From Eledone cirrhosa (taxonomy: Eukaryota): a stretch of 64,000 nt of DNA. Below, in pieces: positions 26,155-39,600 of this stretch. The stretch spans positions 153,574,001 through 153,638,000 of the forward strand of contig OZ024742.1 in the NCBI GenBank assembly GCA_964016885.1, written 5' to 3'. Every line of letters begins with the position of its first letter. Position 1 is the first letter of the stretch. The notes below the pieces were generated by a model, which was not told where the DNA came from, ran no database searches, and saw only the letters and a program-made list of their open reading frames with translations. The position numbers and the translations under genes are program-made.

Positions 26155-26927
26155 ATTGGTAAACGGAATAGGAAATGCTGTCAAATTGTTCACAGTGAAA
26201 AATAGTTTAATTAGGAATAAGTGAGAAATAGTAATAGTATTGGTTAGTATTGACCTTTGGTTTTTACCGGTTGCGCATTTCTAATGCTTTTCAAAAATAA
26301 TTTTGAGATAGAGCGTCCGTGATGTTTGCTCTGATCTACCTTTTGATGTCTATAGATATAGACGTGCCGACACACACACACATACATAAACGCACACATG
26401 CATTGCACACTGAAGGGCACATACATATTTGTGCACAGGTATTCCAATACGCAAGGCCTAAAGAATTCCCCTTGCAGTACGTACAATCTGGACACACTCC
26501 AGATACATTTTGTGCATAGGTATACACTTTCTGGACACACTCCAGATACATATGTACAATTTGTGCACAGGTATACAGTTTGTGCACAGGAATACCATTT
26601 CTGCACACACTCCAGACACATATTTGTGCACAGGTATTCCAATACGGCAAGGCCCAATGAATCCCCCTTGCAGTACGTACAATCTTGACACATTCACACA
26701 CACCTTGGTATTATGCCAATACTATATATCATTTCACACCTTTTATTATTAAGGTTTTTGATGTTCTATTGAGAGAATCGATTTTACTGAAAATATCGAA
26801 TAATATACACCATTTTACCAGTAATAAATACTGGTCCACCTCCACACACACACACACACATTCTCTCACACTCACACACACACATACACACACACACATA
26901 CACACGCGTACATTAACATACAAAGAG

Positions 26928-26967
<40 letters not shown>

Positions 26968-27625
26968 CCTTCTCCGTATAAGACAAGAGCTGAAAAAATA
27001 TCTTTTAACATGTTAAAATATCCCCCACACACTAACAGACAGATTCCTACTGACCATCCCTCTACCACGAATTACTCTACTACACACACACACACACACT
27101 TGTTTTAATAGACATTTGAACTGTCAACAGGCTGCGATTCACACACACATCCCTGCTGACCATTATCACAACAACGAACCCCTCTACTACTACTACACAC
27201 ACACACACACATATTTGTTGTGAAAGACTTATGTCTCAGTCCTACATTTGGCGCAAAATCAATTTTTTACATTCACATGACCTCTACCGACCAATCAAAA
27301 TTGTTTTGACCACAATAATTTTTGCAACACGAATTGGCGCAAAACTTATTTTAATACCGCTGGAGCCACTTTTTTAACATAAAAAAGGTAGAATTCCCCA
27401 AACTAATCAGATCAGAGCAAACATCACGGACGCTCTATCTCAGAATTATTATTGAAAAGCATTAGAAATGCGCAACCGGTAAAAAACAAAACTCAATACT
27501 AACCAATACTATTACTAATTCTCATTTATTCCTAATTAAACTATTTTTCACTGTGAATAATTTGTCTGCATTTTCTATTCCGTTTACCAATATATCATAA
27601 CTTGTGTGTTACACATCTATTCTTT

Positions 27626-27662
<37 letters not shown>

Positions 27663-29089
27663 CAATAAAAACACCTGCTAATTACGGCTACAAGAACTAA
27701 AGGACACACTCATAGGCAGGGACTACCCTGCATCACTAATTGACAATGGAATCCAATGTGCCCTAAAACTCACTACCCAGGACACCCTAAAGTAAATCAA
27801 CTGAAACTAAAAGCTCTTCCATACATCTCCACACACAATCCCCTCAACAATGAGGCCTTTGACACCATCCTCCAGAACATCCCTGTGTTGAAAAAGAACC
27901 ATAGAATGAACCAAATCCTACGAACACACGATATCATAAGGAGTAAAAGACAATCTAAGTCAATGAAAAACATCCTAACACATGCTAAAGTACTGCCAAC
28001 CACAACAACGAAACCCACAGTAAAAAAATGCAATAGACCCAACTGTGGCATTTGCATCAACCTAATAGAGGATTCGGAATTCTATTTCAAAGAAGAACAA
28101 CGCTTTATAGTAAAACACAATTTCACATATGCATCAGAAAATCTAATATATGTATTAACTTGCTCAGGTTGTCGAGAACAATACATAGGCCAGACCAAAC
28201 ACAGCCTCCGCCAAATATGACTGTCCATAGATCCCAAATTAAAATACGGGGATACAGGAAAATACCACTGAGTGATCACATTGATACCTGTGCCGCCCAA
28301 AATCATCCCAACTTCAGAATCTTTCCCATCTACAAATTTAAAGATAATGCCAACCACACCCAGCGCATCAGCAAGGAATCTTACTTTATTAACAAGTACG
28401 GACCCCGTCTAAACACTTCTCCCTAAGACGAACCCACAACATACACACGTCAACATACATACCTACATCAGCACACATCTCTACCCACATATAAACACAA
28501 TGACATACGTAAACACACATGTTCTATGGTGCAACACAAATATACACAAATTTGCATACCTTTTGATGTCTATAGGTATAAACGTGCCGAAACACACACA
28601 TACATAAACGCACACATGCATTGCACACTGAGGGACATATACATTTTTTTGCACAGGTATTCCAATACGGCAAATCCTAATGAATTCCCCTTGCAGTACG
28701 TGCAATCTGGACACACTCCAGATACATATTTGTACACAGGTATACAATTTCTGGACACACTCCAGATGCATATTTGTGCACGGGTATTCCAATACGGCAA
28801 GGCCTAAGGGATCCCCCTTTCAGTACGTACAATCTGGGGACACACATACACTAACACACACCTTGGTATTTTGCCAATACTATATATCATTTCACACCTT
28901 TTATTATTAAGGTTTTTGATGTTCTATTGAGAGAATCGATTTTACTGAAAATATCGAATAATGTACACCATTTTACCATGGAAGAAAATACTGGTCCACC
29001 CACACACACACACACACACACATTCTCACACACACACACACACATATATACGCACATACATACACACGCGTACATTAACATACAAAGAA

Positions 29090-29123
<34 letters not shown>

Positions 29124-29756
29124 TTCTCCGTATAAGACAAGAGCTGAAAAATATCTTTTAACATGTTAAAATATCCGCCACTCACGTACAGACACATTCC
29201 TACTGACCATCCCTCTACCACGAATTACTCTGCTACACACACACACACTTGTCTTAATAGGCATTTGAACTGTCAACAGGCTGCGGTTCGCACACACATC
29301 CTTGCTAACCATTATCACAACAACAAACACTTTACTACTACTACACACACACACACACACATATTGGTTGTGAAAGAGTCATTTCTCAGTCAGCCGAGAC
29401 AAACCTACATTTGGCGCAAAATAAATTTTTTACATTCACATGACCTCTACAGACCAATCAAAATTGTTTTGACCACAAGAATTTTTGCAACACGAATTGA
29501 CGCAAAACCTATTTTAATACCGCTGGAGCCACTTTTTTAACATAAAAACAGGTAGAATTCCCCAAACTAATCAGATCAGAGCAAACATCACGGGCGCTCT
29601 ATCTCAAAATTATTTTTGAAAAGCATTAGAAATGCGCAACCGGTAAAACTCAAAACCAAAACTGAATACTAACCAATACAATTACTAATTCTCACTTATT
29701 CCTAATTAAACTATTTTTCACTGTGAACAATTTGTCAGCATTTTCTATTCCGTTTA

Positions 29757-29760
<4 letters not shown>
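26155..29760 (+). mobile_element. PLE family C insertion: short inverted terminus, upstream tail copy, (TA)n, GIY-YIG fragment, long 3' tail
   Basis: 26155-26335 is the reverse complement of about 29573-29760; 26337-27592 repeats as 28557-29760; (TA)n at both outer ends. Confidence 0.8.
27660..28426 (+). pseudogene. Frameshifted PLE linker + GIY-YIG endonuclease (Neptune/Poseidon-like)
   Basis: KCNRPNCGIC...ENLIYVLTCSGCREQYIGQTKHSLRQ / MTVHRSQI...SDH...KESYFINKYGPRLN. Confidence 0.85.
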
Positions 29761-29824
<64 letters not shown>

Positions 29825-29830
29825 GCTACA

Positions 29831-29873
<43 letters not shown>

Positions 29874-29877
29874 AATC

Positions 29878-30191
29878 TAATCTGAGTTTTTCGAATTTTA
29901 ATAATAACATTCGATTCGTTTGCAATTATGCAAACAAGCCTCAATTGTATAGCCATGTCAGTAGAATGAACACTTCATTCTACTGACATGGCTATACAAT
30001 TGAGGCTTGTTTGCATAATTGCAAACGAATCGAATGTTATTATTAATATTTGAAAAAAATATCCCGCCAACGTTAACTTAGCCTTTTATCCATACACGGT
30101 CGATAAAATAAAGTACCAGTAATGTACTGGGTAATTGCTTGCCTTGTGCCAAAAGCAGAAACAATTATTAATATTCGAAAAACTCAGATTA
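29878..30191. repeat. Perfect 73-bp-arm palindrome (29898-29970 / 29974-30046); right arm interrupted by a truncated SINE A (about 30060-30165)
   Basis: Arms exactly complementary around a 3-nt loop; pairing resumes at ttcgaaaaactcagatta after the SINE. Confidence 0.9.
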
Positions 30192-30914
30192 CATTTATTG
30201 TATTCAGCCATCTAGAGCGAAATTTTCTTTTTTATATATAGTTATATACATATAAATAAAATGTAGAGTGAATAACTGATATTGATACGCTGTAATTAAC
30301 AAACTAAAAGTATAAATAACGTGCATAATCTCATAATATATGTAGTAGTAAACACAGTAATTTGTGTCTAAAATTACGAGGGTTGAAATACCTCGATGGT
30401 TTGACAATTTTAACCTGAAGTAAACATAATTGTTTCTACTTTTGGCACAAGGCCAGCAATTATCCAGTGCCTTACTGGTACTTTATTTTAGGGCCAAAGG
30501 TCAATCCGCAGTCCTCGCGACCCCTCTCTGACCGCCAGATCATCCATATACGTACAACCCGCACGGCAGTTGCATTGCATTCACTCACTGCGCTCAGCAG
30601 TCCGGTCCTACTGGTCAACAGCGCTACTCGATTAAATCATTTTACATCTGTCTAAGGAAGGTGTTTCCTCTGCCCAACACCATCCAACCGATCAATTCAT
30701 GCTCAAATTACCCTTAGAGCGGTGTAGTGCCGTCCAAGTGGGTGGATGTTGTCACACCTGCCGTAGAGGTATAAATGGGTATTTTCCCTGCGAAGGGTTC
30801 CAGAGGGATGTCGTTGTTTGTGTTATAATGGATCAGCTAGTGTTGGGTATGTAGTATAGGGTGTGTCTCTGGTGTTTGATGCTAGATGTGGTGTTAGGTT
30901 CCAGTCCGACATTG

Positions 30915-33373
30915 CTATATATAGGGCTTAAAGTTTTGGAAGGAATGTCTGAGGCGGTGCTGGCAAGTTGCAAACACCTCAGATTTTTTGTTAAGTAGGT
31001 TACGGTTGGAGAAGATAATATTGTGTGTCTCTAGTATACAGAGGTTACAGAATTTGTTAGGTGGTTTGTACGAGGTCGCGCTGCCTATCACTTCCCATTT
31101 GAGTGAGTATGGTTTATTTTTAGATTTTAGATAGTGTATGTAGCTAGAAAGTGAGGTGGAGTTGGCTAGGCTGTGCTTTTTGAACGAGTGGATGTGCGAG
31201 TTATATCTGATTTTGAAGCAGTTAGAAGTGGAGCCTACATAGGTTTCTGAAGAGTTATTAGTCGTGACTGTGCATGAGTATATGACATCCTTGGTTAGGC
31301 ATTTTTTATCTAAAGGGCAGGTTCTATTAGCTCTACAGTTACAATTATTCTGTGCGTTAGTCCGCTGGTTATAATGCAATGCGGAAGTCTGTGTGGTGGA
31401 TATAGGATTTTGGGTGTTCGGGTTGACAACCCTGGTGTTATTACTTATACTAGTGTTATTTCTATTGTTACTGCCGTTGCTATTGTTGCTTGCTACAGTG
31501 GTATTTAGAGGGTTTGCATCCCGTTGTGATTTTGTTTGTTGGAAGTAAGAACTAATTTTACTATTATTGCTGCTAGCTATGTGGTATGCTAAGTTAGGCG
31601 TCGTAGAGTAAGAGATTTTAATGGTGTTTTTGTTTAAGAGGTTGTGGTACTTGTGTCCTAGAGGGAAGTTTTTATCTAGTAGTGAGAAGAAAGCCCTAGG
31701 TATGTTGGTGGAGACATTTAGGTTGAAAGGAGGGTTGAAAAATGTATTATTTCTTCTTCTATTTTTGCTTTTAGTGTTTGGTGTGTTGCTTCCTCCTAAG
31801 GCCTCACAGTAGTTTCCATGGTAATGGTTACTTCCGGTGGCACCCTCCGCTTTGGTGTACTTGTGGTTGCTATTCCTATTATTAGATTTCCTCATGGACA
31901 TGTTGTGCGAGATGATGTTGTAGTTATGTGTTTTCTTAGGTAGGAACTCAATTTCTATATTATGGCCGGAGCTAGCTAATGCTTGATTGTAATATTGTGA
32001 GTTTTTGCTAAATATGTTTGCGTCATAGGACAGACTAGAGATTCTATTGGACACCCCCTTAGAGATAGAGTTTAATATTGATCTAGGGTGATTAGACTTG
32101 GTATCTACGTAAATAAGTTTCTCATTAGGCTTATGGAAAGGTGTATATATTTTTGAGTCTAGGTATAGTGTGGCGTCTAGGAAGTTTACATTTTTAGTGT
32201 TTTTGTCCATGGTGATACTAAGGTTAAAGTTTTTGAATGTCTTATGCAGTTGTTTTCTAGTTCTTTCTATATTAAATTTTTTATATTCTATGAGTAGAAG
32301 TGCATCATCGCGGTACAAACCACCGTTGAGGTAAGGGAGGTCTTTATGGATTTCATTGAGGAGGTATAGGCCGACCAAATCAGTGACCTGCGCCGAGTCA
32401 CTAGATCCCATGGTTATGTCGAAGTTGTTGTGCGTATCCTTGCGTGTCCATAGTTGGTCCTCGAAGGTGATTATGGTTTTACGGGCCGCAAGGATGACAT
32501 CAACCTGGGCTCTAGTCAGGTCGCTATTGGCCATGGCCATGATAAGTGCCTTATTTAATAGGATAGGGGAAATAGAGGTGTAGTATGAATTGATATCAAA
32601 TTGAATACATTTTTTGTTCTTATTATTCTTGATATCCTTAAACCATTCAATTACTTCACCCGTATTTCCCCATTGTTTAAGGTGTATCCTGTGTTTAATT
32701 TGTGGGATGATTTTATCCAAAATCTTCTTGCTGATAATACCAATGTCGGACTTGGAAGGGCAGATAAGTCTTATCGTGGGGTTGCTGATGAAGTTCTCCT
32801 TATGGTCCTTCAGAGAGAATCTAGGGGGTTCGGAGTGAAAGGTTGTGTATGCCTCTGTAGTCCTAGTTTAGACACTATATTATAACCCTCTACATTAATA
32901 TCTTCTAAGTTTTTCAAGGTGGTTTTTTTGTAGCTTTTATGTAGTTCATTATATATAAACTTTCTATAAGTAATATAATCTAGGCTGTATATGTTATTAG
33001 TTTTATCTGCGTGTACAATAATTTTATTACTAGTTTTGAATCCACTAATAGAAGTGTTAAGTTTGTTTAAGAAGGTGTTGCTTCTAATATGGTGCTTATT
33101 GTATTTAATGTTCTTAACTAGTTTAACTAGGTCATTTTCAAAGGAGTTAAGTAGAGTGTTATGAGGGGGGCTTTTAAAGGTTTTAAAGCCGAAGGAGTCA
33201 AAATTGTTAGTATTATTCAAGTTGTTAGATTTGTTTCTATCATAATGGAATGTCCTCCATCTCACTCTATTGATAAATGAATTTACACTGTTGATCAGCA
33301 ATTTCTCATATGTATTCCTGGATGGTATTGGTATGTTCTTGGTTGACATGGAGAGTTGGTCTTTGATTAGCAT
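30915..33373 (-). CDS. Penelope-like RT + GIY-YIG polyprotein (about 820 aa) split by one frameshift at the G5 run 32824-32828
   Basis: ADKTNN, LKDHK, QFDINSYY, MGSSDSAQVTDLVG, LYRDD, CNCx5C linker, VIY...YVGST...RYNSH, CNLC; ORFs 32810-33373 and 30915-32720 join if one base is added. Confidence 0.9.
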
Positions 33374-33622
33374 ATTGGCAATATTATATGTCAGCTCAAC
33401 GATATGGAGCAGTTAATAGTATTAGTTATACTATTTATGGTTATGTAAACACAAAACCTTAAGCAGTTGTAAGTATTTTACACACACCCTAAATAGTGGT
33501 AGGCAGTAATGTATTACTACCTTATTACCAGTAAGTTAAGTAGCTCAATGTAAAAACATCACATGATTTACAGAGCAGTTATATGAAATATAAGAATCAA
33601 AGAACTGTTCAAAACATTATTG

Positions 33623-33669
33623 TGCTTACAGCTGTTTCCTCCAAACCGAGGTTTGGATTCTTCGGAGCA
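33623..33669 (-). ncRNA. Hammerhead ribozyme variant with CCGAAGA core, in family D pseudo-LTR
   Basis: ugcu CCGAAGA a-uccaaacc-uc-gguuugga-g GAAA cagcug UA agca; palindromic stem III. Confidence 0.65.
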
Positions 33670-34726
33670 ATTTATTAATGCATGGACAGTTATATGACCT
33701 CCTTTTCAGCCGAGAGACATACCAATACATATTCAAACATTGATACATATTCAAACATTGTGGGTCAACATTCATTACAGAATTTAGAGTGGCAGTACAC
33801 ACTTCGAGATTACATTTATATTAATAGGTACAATCAAAAATCAAAGATATAGGTTAAAGTACAACATGAAGATAAGTGGTTATATAGTGCAAATGTTATA
33901 TGTGTGGCACGCATGTGCGTCTTGTTTATATAGTGTGGCAGAGAGATATGTGTGGTAGAGGCACTTAGGTAGGTAAATAAGAGTGTTAGGTTGGTAGATC
34001 TGGTGGCAAAGTCTTTATATGATTGATATAGTCTGTGTGTGGAGAAATATTATAAGCATTAAAGATAGTGCAAGCATTAAAAGTGTTATAAGTATTGGAG
34101 ATGCACAGCGCAGGGATGTCAAGTAATTCATGTACTTCGGCATTTTCATGGTCAAGGGAGTGTATATTTCGATTATATGCCTTTCACATAATCCACGACA
34201 ATCCAGTTAGAGATCGTAGTCTGGTGTTCTTTAGTTCGATACAGGAGGTTGTTACGTTTCGAGAAACGCCATTGAATACCGGAAGTGTGTGTGTGGCTAA
34301 GGGGAGTTAATGCATGCGGGGAGGTAACTCTGGGGTTTCTATATCTAGCCATTAAAATGTGTCCCAATATAGACCCTAAATTCTATGGTGAGGTGCACCT
34401 TCCAAGAGAGACTTTTAAAGCATAAAGTGTACTAACTATAGAGTAGTTTAACTAAATTATGCTGAAGGTGATCATATTATTATTAAGGTGGATTAACCCA
34501 TCATAAGGTGCTACAAATGGAAATTATAGATGATGAGCGAGGATTCTAAATTAATGATCTCTGTGGTTGTAGTCTGCTCATATGACCAGGCGCGGTGATT
34601 GCAGGATTGCTTCAGGACCCAATGATCTCTGGTAAGATCTGGGTCATCACTTGCTACATTGGATGTCGAAAGATAATCGTCCCCAGGCGAAAAGGAGGTC
34701 ATATAACTGTCCATGCATTAATAAAT

Positions 34727-34773
34727 TGCTCCGAAGAATCCAAACCTCGGTTTGGAGGAAACAGCTGTAAGCA
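34727..34773 (+). ncRNA. Inverted copy of the family D hammerhead
   Basis: tgct CCGAAGA atccaaacctcggtttggag GAAA cagctg TA agca. Confidence 0.65.
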
Positions 34774-35134
34774 CAATAATGTTTTGAACAGTTCTTTGAT
34801 TCTTATATTTCATATATTTCATATATTTCATATTTCATATATATATATATATATATATGTTTATGTAATAAACAACATAAGGCAATTATTTCATTTACCA
34901 GTGGTTTCTTATAAGCAAAATAATTTTGCTTTCAATCATCAGTATGAAAACATCCTGGTGTATTTATTTGCGTTAGATTTTAAAAACAAAAATATAATCT
35001 ATATGAAAGTGAGGCTGGAAAAGGAAGAAGGAAAGGAAAAATAAAAACACACATGCAAAAGCACACACACACACAAATATATACATACACATATATATAT
35101 ATATACATACACACATACATACACACACACACAT

Positions 35135-35166
<32 letters not shown>

Positions 35167-35265
35167 GTGTATATATATACATACACATACATATACACAT
35201 ACATACATACACACATAATTATCAACATATCCATACATACACATACATACAAATACACAAGCGTG

Positions 35266-35305
<40 letters not shown>

Positions 35306-35332
35306 TGCATATATATATACATATATATATAT

Positions 35333-36660
35333 TTCGTTTCTGAATTTGTTTAGCAAGATTCTTTATCTGAAATCGTGTGTTGAAACCGATATTGTTATAC
35401 TCTGGGAGGGTCATGTTGCCAATAAGAAACACATGCACCAGCTGTTTCACTTCAATTTATAATATATTTATAAATTTACAAATTTATAAATTTATAAATT
35501 TATGGTTGGTTGGTTGGTTCCACAACCAGATAGTTGTTTATATATAGTCATAGTCCTTTCGTCACACACTCTGTGACCTCTTCAGTGACTGGGGATTCCT
35601 TTCTTTGTTTCTGTGCCTCTCCTTTGTTCTGTCCTACGCCATTTTGTTTCTGTGTGTGTGTCGTGTGCTCAGTCTGCGCATGCGCCACATCCGGGTGTCT
35701 GTGTGTGTTTATGTTCATTTATCTATTTGTTTATTTCTTTATTTATTTACATGTATATTGGTTGGTTGTTTGTTCTATGTGTGTTGTGTGTGTTTTCATT
35801 TTGTCCTTAATTGTAAGTTGTGATGTTGCTGTTCCACTCATATTTTCTATTTTATTTTGGTTGTATTTCTTTTATGTTTATTGCCTTTGTAATTTGTCTA
35901 AATATTGCATCTTTTCTGTGTGTAGATTCTATTTTTAATTCTATGTTCTCTAATTTACCCTTGTGTTCTATCTTAGCATGTTGGTAGAGTACAGTTGATT
36001 CTTTATTATCTTGAAGCTCTCGCCAGTGTTCATTTATCCGTTCCCCTATACTACGAGCTGTCTCACCTATGTACACTATATTTTTGTTTCTACATTGTCC
36101 TTCAGTACATCTTATGCTATACACTACATTTCTAGTTTTACAGTTAATATGGGGGCTTATTTTACAGGTTATACATTTCTTATCTATACATGAGGGTCGT
36201 TGAAAATGGTATGTCTTGCTAGTAAGTGTTTTTACGGAGGTACCTGGTCTTTCTACTATCTTAATATTGAGTTTATGTTTATTTAGGGCCCTTCTAAATG
36301 TGTAGGCTAGTTCGCCTCTAGGGTTGTATCGATGAACATTACACTCTGGTATTTATTGCTATCATACCATGAGTTTATTCTGTTAGCCTTGTTCCTAGTT
36401 CTTTCTATTCTATTCCAAAATGTGCTCCTATACAAGGGGCAGGTCCCATTTATGTCATTATTTACCATTGTTTCCCATTTGGTTCTGGCTCCTCTATACA
36501 CTCTGATTCTGTCTCTCTGATTGTAGCCAGAGAACTGCATACGGTGGATGAAGTGTTGCATGTGTCTCTCTAGTTCTTCGGGGTTGCACATGCGGGACAC
36601 ATTTCTCATCACCCGTACCAAATCCGCAATCAGTATGTTGATTTTGGTATGGTCCGAAAT
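35333..36660 (-). mobile_element. PLE family B, inverted 3' arm (RT thumb, GIY-YIG, pseudo-LTR)
   Basis: Reverse complement of about 39020-40270; ORFs 36307-36738 and 35852-36124. Confidence 0.9.
35546..35590 (-). ncRNA. Hammerhead ribozyme in family B pseudo-LTR (best-preserved copy)
   Basis: aguca CUGAAGA g-gucaca-gagug-ugugac GAAA ggac UA ugacu. Confidence 0.7.
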
Positions 36661-36679
36661 GGCCGAAATGGCCGAAATT

Positions 36680-39600
36680 GACGGTAGAAACATGGCCGAC
36701 ACCTCATTAACAGAAGAGTTCAACAACAAAAACACCAATATTTATGGGAACGCAAGAATAGATAATGACGAGATGTCTGTGTTGTGTCTGCCCCCGAAAT
36801 GTGCGACATTCAAGAAGGTAAATATGATTAGTTTTCTGTCAGAAATAGAAAAATCATTTACAAAACTACGCTGGAGCATCAATAACAAAAACAAAAACAA
36901 AAGCAACAATATACGCACACACATATACAACACACATCCCAACAACAACAGACACACAGACACAAACAACAATAACAACAACACACACATCAACAACAAT
37001 AACAACATACCCAGAAACAACAACAGACACGCAGACACAAACAACAACAATAACAACATACCCAGAAACAACAACAGACACGCAGACACAAACAACAATA
37101 ACAACACACACAACAAGAATAACACACGGAGACAACAACAACACACATCAACAACAGCACACATCAACAACAACAACACACACGCATTCAATGCCTCTCA
37201 CCACCACCACAATCTTAACAAACACACAGACAGAGAAAGCAAGTAATGACAGTAGCACAGAAATCACAGAAATAAGGGAAATTAATAGGATTAAAAGGAG
37301 AAGCGAGACTAACGACAAAGAGAATAACCAAGACGAACACACAGACACAAAAAATAGGGTAGATAACAACAATGAGCCAGTGGAAAGAGACAGGTGTAAT
37401 AATGAGAGACATAGAAACAACCACGAGGCTGTTGGTGGAAATAGAAATACAAACAACACAACTAACAACAACAATAGCACTGGTACACATAAAGCAGCAG
37501 CCTGGAACTCTCCGTTTTATAATCCCTCCGATAAATCATTCGACCTGCGACGAGTCCACGCCGCGACTTTACCATTTAACAAACGCACGCAATTGTCGTC
37601 GCAGGTCGATGAACAAACAGAAGCACAATCTAGTATAGCTAGATCCGAACTTAGAAATATTATAGAACAGTATAGCAAGAAGCATAATAGAATGGAGGCC
37701 CAGCAACTGGGAGAAAAATCTGCAAATGGCTTGTGTAAGCTCATGCAGCGCTCACGTAATGGAGAGATAGCATGCTTTCCAACAGACAAGTCTGGCAGAA
37801 TGTCGGTTGACAGCCTGCCAAACTACATCCAGGCAATGCAACCCACCTCACTAACACAAGAGAGGTAACACCACAGGAGCATGAGGATAGAGAAAAAGCC
37901 CTCAATGCCCATATGGTGATGTGGACGAATATAATGCAGCCCAACAAAAGGACTGCCAACAACTTCCAGGCCTGGAACAATGACGTGCCGGCGTTGTATG
38001 GGCTTCGAAAAGACCATAAAACGGGCAGTGACCCTGTCACCCGACCGCCAACACGGCCAGTCTGTGGAGCTAACATTGCTAGTAACTACAGACTGTCCTA
38101 CTTCCTCTCTCTGATCATACGCCCCATCATTGAAATGTCCCCAGATGTATGTGACAGCGCGGAGGACCTCCTCAGCAGAATCGGCGAGAGTAACCGATCT
38201 AGGGACCTAACAAACTGTATAATAGGTAGTATGGATGTTGTGTCCCTGTATCCATCTATTGATGTGGATTTTGCTGTGTAGAAATGCGTAGAAATGATCA
38301 GTGAGAGCAATGTTGAGTTCCGTGGGATTGATACCAGTGAGCTGGGATTCCTAATTAAACTTACATATAGTAATAATTACTTAGACACATATGACCTTAG
38401 CAACCTGTGCGCTACAAGACTAGCAAGAGGCAGACCACCTACCACTACCTCAATGGCCAAGAAAACCCACACAGATAGATGGAGTGGGTGGACCAGAGCC
38501 ATACGGACACCCGAAAACCACGATGAACTGAAGAAAATGATTGCACATGCGGTAGGGGCCAGCATAAAACTAACCCTTAAGGAACATATGTTCAAATTTA
38601 ATGGAAAAACATATGCCCAAGAGGAAGGAGCAGCCATTGCAGGCGACATAGCTAACTTATTCATGGTATAGTGGGACAGTAGACTTAAACTTAAACTTAA
38701 AGAACAATTAGGAGACCCCTTAAACCTGATAATGTACTCCCGCTACGTTGATGATATAAACATCGTAGTTAAGACACCAGCACTAGAGAACAGTCAGGAA
38801 CTAGAGAAAAACACAATGGAAAGCATCCAGCAAATAGCTAACTCCATCCACCAGAGTATTAGAGTTACTATAGGCTACCCAAGTAAACACCCCAATCATC
38901 GATTACCTGTACTAGACACAGAGCTCTGGTTAGATACCATTAATAACAAAAAACACATCCTCCATTCCCATTATGCCAAACCCATGACTTCCAAACATCT
39001 GATCCACCGAAACTCAGCTGTTTCGGACCATACCAAAATCAACATACTGATTGCGGATTTGGTACGGGTGATGAGAAACGTGTCCCGCATGTTCAACCCT
39101 GAAGAACTAAAGAGACACATACAACATTTTCTCCACCGTATGCAGTTCTCTGGTTACAATCAGAGAGATACAATCAGAGTGTATAGAGGAGCCAGAACCA
39201 AATGGGAAAAAATGGTAAATAATGACGCGAATGTGACCTGCCTCTTTTATAGGAGCAAAGTTTGGAATAGAATAGAAAGAACTAGGAATAAGGCTAATAG
39301 AATAAACTCATGGTATGATAGCAATAAATACCAGAGTGTAATGTTCATCGATACAACCCCTAGAGGTGAATTAGCTTACACATTTAGAAGGGCCCTAGAT
39401 AAACAAAAACTCAATATTAAGATAGTAGAAAGACCAGGTACCTCCGTAAAAACACTTATTAGCAAGACATACCCTTTTCAAAGACCCTCATGTATAGATA
39501 AGAAATGTATAACCTGTAAAATAAGCCCCCATATTAACTGTAAAACTAGAAATGTAGTGTATAGCATAAGATGTACTGAAGGACAATGTAGAGACAAAAA

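Larger units (their letters stand above)
30500..34815 (-). mobile_element. PLE family D: near-intact ORF, upstream pseudo-LTR with HHR and an inverted pseudo-LTR copy
   Basis: RT + GIY-YIG ORF; perfect 127-bp inverted repeat 33581-33707 / 34689-34815; outer boundaries approximate. Confidence 0.85.

Noticed and set aside
27395-27480. HHR in the family C tail (GAAATGCGCAAC)
   Set aside because: GAAA plus a palindrome is present, but no CUGANGA core in any of the three copies.
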